From the NCBI RefSeq assembly GCF_964204645.1, contig NC_134026.1, forward strand, positions 6,905,950 through 6,969,949: 64,000 nt of DNA, in the 5' to 3' direction. Each line of letters begins with the position of its first letter. Positions within the stretch are counted from its first letter, which is position 1. The notes under the pieces were generated by a model that saw nothing but the letters and a program-made list of their open reading frames with translations, was not told where the DNA came from and did no database searches. The translations under genes were made by a program, and so were the position numbers. Of the stretch, positions 39,800 to 53,669 are shown piece by piece. This stretch comes from Tubulanus polymorphus. Lineage: Eukaryota; Animalia; Nemertea.

Positions 39800-42459
39800 T
39801 AAACTAGTTGTTGTCCATTTGTGATTTTGATGACGCTGCATGAAGCCGAACAAAGGGGTTATCGCGCACAGCGATTCAACGCAGTTATTGCTAATTTAAG
39901 GCTTCCTGCATTCGATGGCAATCTTTGCGAGATAGACCGGCAAAACGTCGCGATGATTGGTGGTTGCGCTCATAAAATACATTAACTTTCATTACTACGA
40001 AAACTTCCTTTCGCTGTCAACTCGAAAATTACATAGCAGCGAGGGTAGATCGGCTGCTGACTATCGATGCCGTTAATCAGGTGCGCGATTCCGTTGACGG
40101 TAAGATACATGGAAATAGGGACTCGATCTATTAATTTGGGACAATTGTTCGCTGTCACCATACCGACATAACCGAACAATTTAGCCGTCACACGACTAGC
40201 TAGCACCGTGCAATCTTACCAAACCGATCTGACTACTAAAATAGCACTTTTATCAACGGTAATTGTCACACGTGGGAATAAATTATTAAAGAATCGTCAG
40301 TCTCCGGAGGGGGGGGGGATAAACCGGTGTATGTCGAGGAGATAGAGCAATGTAGAAACGCTGATTCGTATAGCGATGTAAAATTGCTAGGTAAAAGTAT
40401 CTGATTAGGAAATCACGATGAAAGGTGTCGCCGATAATTTACTGGTAGCTGCTGCTGTTGCTGCTGCCGCTGCCGCATATAATAGCAATCGGTTTATCAT
40501 TCAGTATTATCCACACCGGCGACACTAGCGACACCACCAATCACCTGCCTCAGACACTTCTGACATTCAGTAGTCACCGGCCAAGACGGATCCGATAAAC
40601 TCGGATAACCGTTCATCTCGGATGTTTGTTGAAATATTTTTGTGACACTTTTATGAAACTTTTATCCAACTCGGATGTCACTCAAGTCGGCCACGTTATT
40701 ACGGTAAAATCCAACTTGAGCGAAGTCTCCTGTATATCACACCTGCCCGACATTGACTCCTGGTCCCAGTTTCACGAGTAGTTCTCGGTTGAAATTTTTA
40801 CCGGGTCGAAATATTGAAAATGAACTGATTTTAACCAAAAAGTCTACTCTAATTTGTATAAAACTATGGAACTAGATGCGGAAATATACTTTGCCCGGAT
40901 GAAGTTTCACATTTAATTCATATTTTTGGCTTCTCTGGCTACTTCATATTATCAATTAAAAAATGAGGACAACTTGGCGGTTTAATGCTTAGACTTGTTC
41001 TTGAAACTATACCCTAAAACAGAAATCCTTGATAACTCTTATCTTTTCATTTACTTGGCACCACGGATGTACAACGCCCCCTAGAGGAGTAACATTACAC
41101 CAAAACCTCGAAAAAACATTTTGCTACAAAATTTTGATACTATCTTTCAGATTTCTAGATTCGAAGAATTTTTGCAGAACAATTTCGATATTCTTATATC
41201 CTTTTACTTTCACTCTTATAGAAAAAGGGACAATTTTACCATTTATGAAATGAAAAATGAATTCAAGTAATAAGTTGTGAGAATTTCTTTCGGAAAGAAT
41301 TTGTGAAAATGTTTTTTTTTCTTTAGTGAGACGGTTTTTATATTCTTGTTGTTTGTGGAAAATTACATTGATTTTGTCACGTTATTTTGACACAATACTG
41401 TATACACACACAGACATACACCACCGTCAACAGCGAATATCGTGTCGAAATACCAGTCGACGCACATAATTTATCTGCCATTTAACTCGCGTAGCTGTAC
41501 AAACATTAATTTCAACTTTCAATTGAAAATAAGTGCACAATATCCCTGATCAGTGTTTAAACTCGACGACATTTTTTAAGGTAAGGTATACCGACCGGTC
41601 TAATTAATGCGCGGTCATGCAGACTATTTCGAAGGCGTAAACTGGTCTATTTTAATGACACAGGTGTTCTGTTACAATATCCATACTTTAATAGTTTAAT
41701 GATTTGTTAAGTCACGTATTGCTGGCGATAAAAGAATCAAATTCGATAATTTACTACCGGCATTCAACCCGTACGCCGTAAAAAAAACTCGACGTCTTTT
41801 CATAAACGGGTTTGATACAAGCGAATATGTCAAAGCAATCTTAAAAGATCCGCCAATGATCCACCTATGTAAGCTTATAAAGCGAGAGCATATAGGGTTA
41901 GTTTGAAAGTGTACTTTACGATTGAAAAGACCGTGTGCTTTATAACACAACGTTTAAAAAGAACCCTATTCGAGAACTGTGGAGAGAAGCAGAAATTACG
42001 AAGAAAATTTAAGTTTGTAAAGATGAGTGCCGAGGATGGGTTCGTTTTATAAATAGATGTAACAGTCCGAAAGATGATATAAAATCCCTGCACACTAAAG
42101 AGTAGGAATTGCTTCATTGAGCTGATAGTTTGACTAATCTTATCGTATTCTTAACTTGTGCATATAGTCGTCATCTTCAGCAATAATAATACCCAACATC
42201 AAACCTTTTACTTACTATGTATAACGCTAGTATTTATCTAGACTATTAGGATTGAGCTGAACAGATATAAGCTCAAGGTAACATTTCGGACACTTTATTC
42301 TTAGTAAGCACGAATTTTATGTCATCTTCAACACGAACTCAAGATACCAGTAGTTAGAATGACCACACTCAAACTTGGTGAACAGTTGATAAGATAAAAA
42401 CCCAACAGATTTAAACGTTTTTAAGCCGAGAGTTTATTCAATCGAAAATTGGTTGAAAT

Positions 42460-42501
42460 ACATGACGTTTCGACCTCACACTAGAGAACATCGTCAGGTG
42501 T
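42460..42501 (-). ncRNA. Minimal hammerhead ribozyme motif, same family as 34554-34595
   Basis: Minus strand: acac-CTGACGA-tgttctc-tagtgt-gaggtc-GAAAC-GTC-atgt. The flank aagataaaaaccca...tttattcaatc is shared with the 34.5-kb copy. Confidence 0.65.
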
Positions 42502-42545
42502 GAGGTTAATGAAGACACCCCATCCTGGATCGGATTGACAGCACT

Positions 42546-42593
42546 GATTCCTGAAGATAGATGACTATCTGGATATAATCGAAACGTCGAAAA
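42546..42593 (+). ncRNA. Hammerhead ribozyme-like motif, same family as 11653-11710
   Basis: attc-CTGAAGA-tagatgactatctggatataatc-GAAAC-GTC-gaa; helix II region is altered. Confidence 0.5.
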
Positions 42594-43387
42594 TAGATCG
42601 TTAACTAAGAGGACACATTTTCGGACACCCTTTTTTATTCTTAGTGCGCTCTATCTAGGGGATTTCACATAAGGGTTGTGCTTAGAAACTATAAAAAAAA
42701 GACGATAAAGTTCTATTGCGCACGATTCTATTCGAAAACTGGTTATTCTGATCTAATGTCCCTTTGTACGCGTTAATGTCTTCGCTTCAGTTCGACCACA
42801 TTTTTCGGTTCATATAGAAATCTCTGTGTTTGTAAGAATGTATTTAGAAAATTATATATCAATTTGTAACGGTTTGTGACCGATGATTTGCTATCGGAGT
42901 CACGTATGAACTTAATATTTATGACTTTATTATCGCGCTAATGTTTCGCTATTAACTCGCTTTACCCGTTTACTAGTTTACTCGCGAATTTAAATCTTTC
43001 TATTTGAAAAGATAATCGTGCGGAGTAAATGAGTTAATTCGGTGCAATAAAAGTTTACAACACCCGGAGTACGGTCACACGAATCTCAGCCCGGTTTTAT
43101 AATCCTTTATCGGTGGATTTAAGAAATTAATCTACGATTATCAGAGCTGTTGAAAGCTATTGTCACCGCGAGGAACTATTCAAGTCTCCGACATCGCTTC
43201 TTCGCACTTGAATTCAATATTTATCCATTTTGGAGTCGAATATAGCCAATAAAAGCAGAACCCAGTTCAACACTTTTGAGTTAAATTTGTCTCAGAAACT
43301 CATTGAAAATGAACTGATTTCAACTCCGAGTCTTCTTAAACTCACAGCTGTGGAACTGGATCCTGAGTTCAGAGTTAACTCTAAAAC

Positions 43388-43425
43388 CATGGACGTATAA
43401 ACTAGATCTAGTTTATACGTCCATG
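43388..43425. repeat. Perfect 38-bp palindrome nested within CCAGTT...AACTGG repeat elements
   Basis: catggacgtataaactaga|tctagtttatacgtccatg; partial copies near 12452-12495 and 49992-50011. Confidence 0.9.
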
Positions 43426-43945
43426 CTCTAACTCACAACTGTAGAACTGGACCCAGTTATCATTATCATCCAATAAGTGGCTAGTAAAACATGAAGACTA
43501 GTACTTTTTAGGTTAACTTGGCTTAATAAGAAACACGAGCTTTCTCTACCCAGTGCATAGAAGCTTCATCATTTCACTTTGAAGGTTTACACAAGATTTT
43601 TACGAGTGTTTGCCACAAATAAAGTTCACTAATTTTAGTGAAATCAAGTAATTCTCAATTTGTCCTTACTGATAGAACACTATGGTTAACACGGCCGTTC
43701 AATGACTCGTCAGAAAATAATCAAATCATAAGATTGAGATCCACAAATTTGGAAAATTATAGGAAAAACCGTCTTTCGAAGCTCTGAGCTGCTATGTCGA
43801 GGCTGATTCTGTTTTAGCCCGCGAACTATTCACAAAAAAATACAAAAATCTACTTTCTATAATTGGATGAAAATGAGCTATCGATGGATACATTAGTAGT
43901 AACGCGATCAAATGGACGTCAATTTGTATTGATACCGCTCGGTTA

Positions 43946-43953
43946 GCAGCAGC

Positions 43954-43990
<37 letters not shown>
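43946..43990. repeat. (CAG)n microsatellite upstream of NK1b
   Basis: About 14 cag units with one cgg interruption. Confidence 0.9.
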
Positions 43991-43991
<1 letters not shown>

Positions 43992-44064
43992 AGAGGATTT
44001 ACCTGTACGGAGAGTCGGGGAGAACAAAGGAATCCAATCAGCTCATAGTTCAGACTCAACTGTA

Positions 44065-44078
44065 AGCCAATTAGAAAC
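44065..44078 (+). promoter_or_regulatory. CCAAT-box / homeodomain-site motif upstream of NK1b, shared with NK1a
   Basis: AGCCAATTAGAAAC lies 365 bp before ATG 44430. Confidence 0.6.
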
Positions 44079-44429
44079 ACGTTCCGCGCCAGTAAAATCT
44101 ACACGGCTTTCATCTGTTAAAACCTGAATTACTTTCATTCATAAAACAACTCAATTTCACGCAGTCTTTAGACGATTATGTTCAAACTCGTCGTTTAAAT
44201 GAGATAGAATTTATTCAAATTCTATGGAAAATGGAGGCTTCCTTAGAAGTGTCCGAGAATCTGTAACAGATATCGCGGCCATTTTGGATTAGCTGTAACC
44301 GTTCTTCTAGCGCAGCAATACTGAAAGCGGTTATACCGGAAGCGAAACATAATTTACCGGAAGTGAACAATAAAAAGTGACAGCGGGAAGTGAGTGATTT
44401 AGTGAATACGAGACGACGCGTGAAAAGCG

Positions 44430-44598
44430 ATGTGGACGGATTGTGGAACGAGGTGGAGCCGAACAGCGAGTGGAACGGGTGGAAAGCAGATTGCGGAAGC
44501 GGGAATCATACCGGAAAGAGAGAGAAAGTTTACGTCATTTTCAATCTCAGATATTTTGAGTCCAGATAAATTCACACGATCTTCAACTAATTACAGTC
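44430..44598 (+). CDS. NK1: NK1/slouch homeobox gene, copy b, exon 1 (not in the ORF track)
   Basis: In-frame TGA at 44421, then ATG 44430. Reads MWTDCGTRWSRTASGTGGKQIAEAGIIPERERKFTSFSISDILSPDKFTRSSTNYS, with eh1 motif TSFSISDILSPDKF. Donor C|gtaagt at 44598/44599 (phase 1). Confidence 0.85.
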
Positions 44599-47418
44599 GT
44601 AAGTAGGCTAACTCCGTGACGATGGAATGCTCCAGGTGCGGAGAACCAAAATTAACAGAAACTTATTAGTAAATCGGCACGGAAGAACCCGTTCAATTAT
44701 ATAAGTTCTCAAGTGGAATTTGAAGTTAAAGCATTGAAAATGAAGTTATGCTTAATTCTTGTGTCAAATTTGAAATCTAGAAATCTTGAAAATGAAACTC
44801 GATCAAGAACACCATGTAAGCATAAATTCGAAAAATTATCAAATCTATTAGGATTAGAATTTCACACTTTAAGAATACAGTTTAAGAACGCATTTGAAGG
44901 TTTATTGAGAGGCCTAACGTATCAACTGTTTTCAAGCAGCCATCATCAAGTGCAATGAATGTAAATTACACGTACATGAGTGGGACTAAGCTTGAGGTCC
45001 CTTCAGGGAAGTGACTTGAGAAGTTCAATAAGGTGCAATGATATCATTATCAGGTGCAATGACTTATTAGTATGTTGCAATAACGATGTTATACAGTTAA
45101 CATCACCTTGGAGTAATCATTTGACAAATGATTACTCCAAGTCGGACAAACTGGACCGTGGTAAATTTGGTCCGAATCGTGAAAAACCGAGTTGGTTAAG
45201 TATCGGAAAATGCGCCAGGACGTCAGAAAATGAGTTCGTTTCTTTTTGAATTAGTGCCATGTCTGAAGCAAGGTTTACTGTACTTTTCAAATGAAATTTT
45301 CTGCATCGAAACTTGTATTTAATCTCTTGCATTAACATTTAGTTGAATCAGTTCTCTTCGAACAGAAGGAACCCGACCCTCGACGGGATCGGAGCGCTCT
45401 GCTCTCAGATCTATTTCACAGACGACACCGACGGATCATAGAAAAGTCGACAACAAAAACTTTATTGATCTCGATTTATTTGAATATAACGTTGTTAAAG
45501 AAACTTGTATTTGAAAAGCTGTATATAATATATATATATATATACATACATATGACAAAATACAAAGAGTCGGAAAGAAAGGTTTGAATTTCCTACGGGA
45601 GGTTTCTCCATTTATCACCGAATATTCAACTGACTAAAGTCGTTGTACAAACATCGCTTTAGAATGTGTTCAATTCAGCGCAAATGGATATGATTCCCCA
45701 ATTTGTGAATTCGTTCGCTCGTTAATCATAAACAAGAAAATGTGACAGCTTTTACTGGCTTCAAAACGCCCTTTAAACAGTCTATTCACAGTCGGTATGA
45801 CTTTAACTCTTACAATTCGTTAATAGGCGTCTTATTCATCAACTCGGTCCGCCATTCAAGCCTTTATCGACCGAACGCTTGTCGAAAAGAAACATTTTAA
45901 TGAAATAAATGAGCCATCAGTTTGGGGGTCTTTACAACTCGAAAACGGATATCATGACACGGAATAATTTCTGCTAATAATGTGTGTTTGAATTGAAGTT
46001 TTATATCTATAGTCGGATTATAGGCTCTATACGCAGGTGTGAGGCCGATACCTGGTCCGAGACGAGTTTTCTTTAAGATATCTTGACTTTTAAATCGACA
46101 CCTGTGGTGGTGAAACTATTCATTAGTTTAATTCCTTGATATCATTCTGAAGCTTTAAACTTCAAATCTCGCCGCCAGACCCAAACATTTAACAATGACA
46201 CATAAACAGTTTGTAAATCTTGTCCATAAATATTTTCGTTGTAATCAAAACTTAATTCTTTAACCGAATACCGATTATCAAATCAGAGATTGCGGTATAC
46301 GGCTCAGTTCACAGGGACTCAAAATCAGTAATGAATTCAAAAGTGCAGTGTTCTCCATATGTTGGAAGGGGCAGCATTCATTGTTAAATGTATGGCTGCT
46401 GAAGTAACAAGGCTTTCGATCCCCCAAAAATACAGAAACTTTGGTGTACACATTGGACCAAGCGTAATTGCGTGACTGAAGTCTAAAGGCGGTCCGAGAG
46501 TGGTCTTAATTTTTTGCAGTGACTGTGCAGACAAGGGAATGTACAAAACAAAAAAATCATTTCGTGAAAACAGGCTTTTGGTAATTCCCCGAAATTCGCT
46601 CTGTTTGAAAACGTGTGTATTAAAAACTGTTAGAAAAATTCAATCTGATCTCTTTTTTCTAAATAAACAATAAGTTAAATAGAGGCGAAATTAGATCAAT
46701 GATCGCGATGATTATGTCGCGTCAGTCCGTCACGAGTGATGCTCAAGGGCTTGTTTGTTACACAGAAATCCACTAATGATCGACTACGCGAGAGGGAAAG
46801 GTTTTACTCGGGAGTGAACCAAGTATAGAGAACATATTGAATCCTATCAACTGGGAATCACCGTCTTGGAATAAGCCTCTTACGGCGACATGAAGAAAAC
46901 GTCTTCAATTAGACCTGGAATGCTCTTCAATTAAGCGTATAATGTCCCTGCAATCTGATTACTCGAGGAAGCAATGTACAGCTTAGATTGATGTGTCGCC
47001 GACACCCGTTTATCCCATCATCGTTTCGTCCGCCGTGTACGACCAGTTTTAAATTCTCTCGATTGAAAATTCATTAACGAAACGACGACGTATCGATTTT
47101 GTCGCTGATGCCGCCGTTGCCTTTTTCGGGAGACCATTTTCATCTCGAGTGTTTGACACTATTACCAAATCCTGTTAGCATAATTGCATAAAAGGTTATC
47201 GGGAAAGACAGTTCGGTTATTAAGTCTAGTTTGTCGTCGTTTCGCATGGGCGGGTTTGATTCGTTTTGGCTCGTGACGGCTCGTTTGTCCGATAATGGCT
47301 CTTTGAGAGCGATTTAATGGAGAGAAAGCGTTCGTAAATGATCGCCAAATTCCGTATCATTTTCTACATAATTGTATCAATTACGACGCGCACAATGACA
47401 ACGAAATTGCTCGATTGA

Positions 47419-48039
<621 letters not shown>

Positions 48040-48136
48040 AGTTTGATTTCTGATTATTTTATTCAACACCATGCAATGTTAACGGTGCTGCGGACTTTGT
48101 TCAACTCAATAGTATTTATTTAACTTATGTGACTAT

Positions 48137-48142
48137 AATAAA
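48137..48142 (+). terminator. Candidate polyadenylation signal of NK1b
   Basis: AATAAA ~100 bp after the stop. Confidence 0.55.
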
Positions 48143-48708
48143 TATTTCTAAAAAACATTCTGTTTCCTGAATTTAATTTTGAATTCCTTCGCAATTTTCT
48201 TTTCAACCACTTCAATCTTAACCAATTCTTTAGCGCCAGTTAACTAATATATAAAATTTTCAGGTATTTGTAAATTCCGTTGTTACTTACTGGCCATAGC
48301 GAACCCCAGGGCTTTAGAATCAAACACTAGTTTTCAAATAACAAGCTTAGCTAAAAAGCAATTTGGTTGAATTGAAGCCATTATATTTGGAAGTGATCAG
48401 GCTTTACTTGCTATCGATGTGATATTTGGCAACATCGGTGACCACAGAATCGCACTGTAAAACTGCCACGATGCGGGTAATATTTGATTCTAAACTCGGC
48501 ATTGATCAGGGTCATTCGGTCTTCCATCGTCGCACTATTCGCCAAATCTGGCATCAGTTGATCACCGAGTCCACTAAAAACAGTCCGCAATGTTTCCTTG
48601 TGATTCGAACGTTTCGACTTTATCCTTAGTCGCGGGAATACTGTACTCGATCATTGAATAGATCTATCGAATACTTTGATACTTGTCAAAAAGGGTTCAA
48701 AATAAGCA

Positions 48709-48846
48709 AAAACCCATAGTTAATATTAAAGCTTTTATTGGCTGACAGTTACGGAGTTTATCCCAACCCCATCATCAGCCTAGACACCAAAATGATACAA
48801 TGACAACGAACAGACAATAAACGCTTTAATATCAACTGTAGGTTTT
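48709..48846 (-). mobile_element. Short element: ~36-bp inverted repeat enclosing a hammerhead-like core
   Basis: Arms aaaacccatagttaatattaaagcttttattggctg and cagacaataaacgctttaatatcaactgtaggtttt. Minus-strand core: CTGATGA-tggggtt-gggata-aactcc-GTAAC-TGTC. Confidence 0.65.
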
Positions 48847-50112
48847 AACCCGCTAAATACTGAGATTGATATTAGTCTTCAAGTCACGGTTCAAAGTGTT
48901 TCCTTGAGCGTATAACCCAATCGACGTTTCGACATCTAGAGTTATCTTTCTAAACAGTAAGTTTTTAAGGAGTGACGTCTGAAGTTTGAAATCGCTCATT
49001 CCGAGGAATCTGGTGATCATATCATTTTCTACAGCGACCGAAATATGAACCAGGTGTTTGTCCTAATTCGATTCGAGATTATCAAACCGTTGAGATTTAT
49101 CTATCAACGATATATCTCATCCAATTCCTCCGGGATCGAAACCGGTTTCCGTAGAATTCTCCTGACAAACGTTTCGCCGGTTTTCCATTGTTCGGCGCGT
49201 ATTGTCCCGTAACGTCTTAACGCCGTCTCTACGATACAGCGTTAAAGCCACCGAGCTCAACGGAGGAAACGTTTAAGTGAAATCAATTGACAATAAATAA
49301 TCCGCTAATTGCACGTTTTCGCTAACTATCTGCTCATTAGCATAAGTTAATGAGATACTAAAGAAGTCTATTAATCAGGGCTAGTTATTTTGTGAAATCT
49401 TTATTAATTAGGCGATTTGTCAGTAACGAAGGATTTTATGACAGACTATCGATGATCGTTACGGGCTGTGTTAATTCCTATACATTCGTTCCCGGTTTAT
49501 AATGGCGTTGTCTGTAGCTGGCGATAATCCGGCAGGATTAACCAGCCACAATAAACCAAGTTACTCTTTCCAACGTTTTAATAGTCCGTTCGCGGATTAG
49601 ATATGATACATTGGTAAATTGAGCGTGAGTTTGACAAATCCTTCTCTTTGAAGATATTTCTGAGAATCCGCGTGGTGTATAGAATCACAAAACACTGATC
49701 ACCACCAGATCACAGAAAACTTTCTTCACACAACCAAGTTTCCAATCGTATCCAGACCTGCTTAAAAGACGAACCAGATCGCGAAGAGATGTTCGCCATT
49801 CCAATATCCTGAAAAGGAAAATAATATCGATTGTTCAAGTGTGAGTTCACAAGAAAAATAATATTGACTTTTCAAGAATTAGTTCACTGAACTTCCACAA
49901 GGGGACGGTACTGCCACCAAGTTTGAGAGTCTGGTATATCGAGATTCGATATAGCTTTGTCATTAGGTTAACTTAGTTTAGAATAGATTAAATCTAGTTT
50001 ATACGTCCATGTTCTGACGTACGCTCAGTGTAGCTATAGTATCTGACATTAGCAACTAAGTCGCCATCTATACGCTAATGTAGACACTATTCAAGACGAT
50101 ACACGATAATTC

Positions 50113-50195
50113 CTGGGGCCGGTTTATATACTAGTATTATTTTTAACCCGGGGGCTAATTCAATTAATTTTCAATTAAGTTGAAACCGGCCACAG
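50113..50195. mobile_element. Short MITE-like element
   Basis: TIRs ctggggccggttt and aaaccggccacag (12/13). Confidence 0.6.
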
Positions 50196-52571
50196 AATTA
50201 AAAGTTTGCCCGTGTATCAAATAGGAAATTAATTTAATCCAATGACACCAGATTCGAATTGTTTTGATGATAGCTTTTGGAGTGATATTGATAGCAAATT
50301 TTGCAATTGGCGGCGTAGATGAGAATTATATTATGGAGGTCTTGCAATCATGTGCTTTTCTGCCTTGACTACGTCATAGTATTGCTGATCAAACGCAATA
50401 ATTGATTCACATGACAGACCTCTGAAAAATGTCCGGATAATTTCTTTTTTTCGGTTAAATATGGCAAGCCTCCACACCTGGTTGAAAAGCAATCTATGTA
50501 TGACGCCACACGCAGAATCTCTATAGCCTACAAAATATGAAAAACCACAGAAACTTTTCATTTATTATTGATAGATTTTCAGCCGATAAGAAAAATCTTA
50601 TTCTATACACGACAAAAGACGTTGTAAGTAAAGAAACCGTCGCAGATTTAGATAATAAAGATCATTAATATTTTAACGACGCAGATTCTAAGATTGTCGA
50701 ATAATTTCCCGTATGAATTGTTTAATCTGAAGCGGAGTCTGAACCGTTTAAACCAGTGTTGTCCCCGCGGTACCGAAACCAGCCTTCCATAAAGGGACGC
50801 CGCGTCCCTAGAGATGCAACATTTAAGAATCATTTATCCCAGCGATACGGATGGGAGCCCGTATTGAACGACGGTACTACGATTCCATCCAGTTCTGTAA
50901 TCGCACCATTACACTTTCGATATGAAGCCACAGCTATCAGGTCTTGTGATCATCGTATTTCGTTCTCCGTGACAAACCGACCGGAAAATATGAAGACAGA
51001 ATGTTAGTCGCAGTAAATTGTCGTTCTTGATAAGGTTAACAGTGTAATAGATACATGAGTCACTGGTGTTATATAGTCAGCCACTGATTGACGGCGCTGA
51101 TGCCGCCTGGTGCTGCTGCTGCCACCGCCGCCGCTGCTGCTGTAGCTGATGATGATGACTCTATTAGCAATCGTGTTTATAATAAAATAAAATAGGATAA
51201 TTAATTGGAAAAAATCAATTCCCAACACCACCCACTCTCCTACTCTCTCCCACTCTCTGTCCTTACCAGTCCCTGTCCCTGTCCCACCATCCCCCTGCCC
51301 CTATGCCCGTGGCTCTGTCTTCTCTCCCCTGCCCCGTCACTGTCCATATCTCCATATCCCTCCCCTATCTATTTTGTAAATGTTGTGCTCGATAAAGAAC
51401 TCATTACGAAGGACTCAAGTCGAGGAACCATTATTAACTTCACGGCCCATTCTCTCTATAACTGTTTATCCGCCACGGATCCAGCGTCAAACCTATCAGC
51501 GCTGATAGAAATACTTTACCCTATAATGAGTAAGAGATTCTACGCATAGAATCAACTCCCAGTCGGAAATTACTTGTAACTTTCAGTATCGGCGATCGTT
51601 CCCTTGTTACTGGTACAAATAGCGAGCTATTACTTGATATTTTCCGCTTAAGCGACACTAACGATTAGCTATCGTGTCTTGTTAATGGTACTTGACTCTC
51701 GACTAATTCCACACAGCGCCGAAAAAAACTTCGCATGTTTATATCGCGCTCGATGGAAGTGTTTTCTCGGAAGTATCCTCGACGGACGGCTCCGGCTATC
51801 AAGAAAATGCAAACTCCTCGGAGAACGCTAGAAATCACTGAGTCGAGAACTCAAATAGAAACGATACGGAGATGGGAACAATAGTGGGAATGTTTACAGT
51901 GTCATTATGCATAAACTAGATTGAGTCGTAACGATGAAGCAATCCGATTAATTTCCTTCGTTCCCCAGTAAATGCTTTAGCCTAGTTAATAGAATCAAGT
52001 TTAACGAGTTAAATAAAACTACGGGTAATGGTTTTTAGCGTAAAACCGAAAATTCGGGTTTTCAATAAATTTCAAAGTTTCGATATTTTTAGATAACTTT
52101 TTGATCCCGTGATTGTGGGATTTATTTTTTAGAATCCAGTTTGTCCAAAACCGTGCTCGATGTTTTCTGCAATTTGTAGTTGAATTGCAGGGAGCCTTTA
52201 ATATCCGTGTTCGATTGGTGAATCGGGTAATTGAACTTTGTGTAAAAGTGTGTCCACATGTCATATGTGGATATTGTCCTAAGTACTTATCATATATGAT
52301 ATGTTTGATGTTATGTTTCTTCAAGTTATGTTTCTTCTAGTATCCGCCACACAGTATTATGTGCTTGTGTTGTGTCATAGAAATGTACTATATGATCATA
52401 ATAAACTGATAATTAATCAAAAATCCCACACACTAAGATGAATGTTCTGTCTTGCAGATTTAGCATTTAATATCAAATCCGTTAGAAACTAAAATAAATA
52501 AAAAGAGTCCGAAATGTTGTCCTTGAGCTAATAGTTTATTCAACATTTATTTACTTGCTTATGACCAGATC

Positions 52572-53669
52572 CTAATTTCGATGACGTTTGCATCGGTTTT
52601 TGATGATAAAAATTTTTTCCCTGAAAGCTGGAATTGTGTGTAAATATATGAAAAAATTAGTGCGATAAATCAATTGACGTGGAGTGGAAAATAATTGAAA
52701 TGTTAAATAATAGGTCAAATAGAATTCTAAAGGGCCTCGATAAGAGAAACTAAGTGAAGCTCTATGAAGGAACCAACCAATCTCATAGGGGGAAACTATA
52801 AACACATAAGACATTATTACATAAAGCAAAGTTTTGTTACCTCTTTTAGTCACGTGTTTGTTTGAGAGGCAGCTTATTCTAGCAGTAAACACTGATAAAC
52901 ATATTATAATTATACATGGAATTATGCCCGGTAAAGCGATTTCTATTATATAGAATGCTTTGGTAGAAACACCATAGCGAACGCTTATTTCCCCAGCTAG
53001 TACGGAGCAACAGGTTCCATTTCCACAAGTTTTAATAACGGTGTAAACACCTTGGTTGTGAGATAAAGTTAGCGTCAGTGTAAATAACGTTGCCAGCATT
53101 CTCTTGTGGTTTGTGACGTATTGTTTATGAAAAAATGGTTTTCTTATTGCTAGTAACCTTTCAGCTGCCATCGTCACAACTATCCAATTAGAAAAAGAAA
53201 TCGGCAAATCTTTTACTAGATATAGCAGTATTCTCATACAAGTTAGATACGATCCACCCCAAGCCGCATATGGTTCAAAATATGACTTGAATCGCGAAAG
53301 ACCTGAATGAGCTGGACACCGAGCAGGAATGAACATTGAATCTATTGAATAATAATGGCATTTTTCAGGTGAAAGAAGATACTTCAGACGCAATACCACG
53401 TACCGGACAGAACTACCAAATCCACTAAATCGATAGATAATGAACATTTGATCAGAAAGCGCTAGAGCAAGTAGATAAATGAACGTAGCGCGAACTGAAC
53501 GAGATTTACGACACCGAATTAGCGTAACAATAGTAGTGATATTCAAGCAGGCAAATATAGGATCGAAAAAATTCACAAAGTTGCTCAATTCAGCGTTAAT
53601 AGTAAAAGCTGTAGCCATAACGGTCCCGTAATATCGTCTGTTGGCTCTGCTGATATTTTGTGTAGACAT
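52572..53669 (-). CDS. Intronless rhodopsin-family (class A) GPCR, divergent peptide-receptor-like/putative chemoreceptor
   Basis: 365 aa; LALSD (TM2), long Cys-containing first extracellular loop, AAERLLAIRKPF (DRY position), IIPC (TM5), VSPY (TM6), TNFFIY (TM7), FREK helix 8. Confidence 0.85.
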   Translation of the reverse strand: MSTQNISRANRRYYGTVMATAFTINAELSNFVNFFDPIFACLNITTIVTLIRCRKSRSVRATFIYLLALALSDQMFIIYRFSGFGSSVRYVVLRLKYLLSPEKCHYYSIDSMFIPARCPAHSGLSRFKSYFEPYAAWGGSYLTCMRILLYLVKDLPISFSNWIVVTMAAERLLAIRKPFFHKQYVTNHKRMLATLFTLTLTLSHNQGVYTVIKTCGNGTCCSVLAGEISVRYGVSTKAFYIIEIALPGIIPCIIIICLSVFTARISCLSNKHVTKRGNKTLLYVIMSYVFIVSPYEIGWFLHRASLSFSYRGPLEFYLTYYLTFQLFSTPRQLIYRTNFFIYLHTIPAFREKIFIIKNRCKRHRN

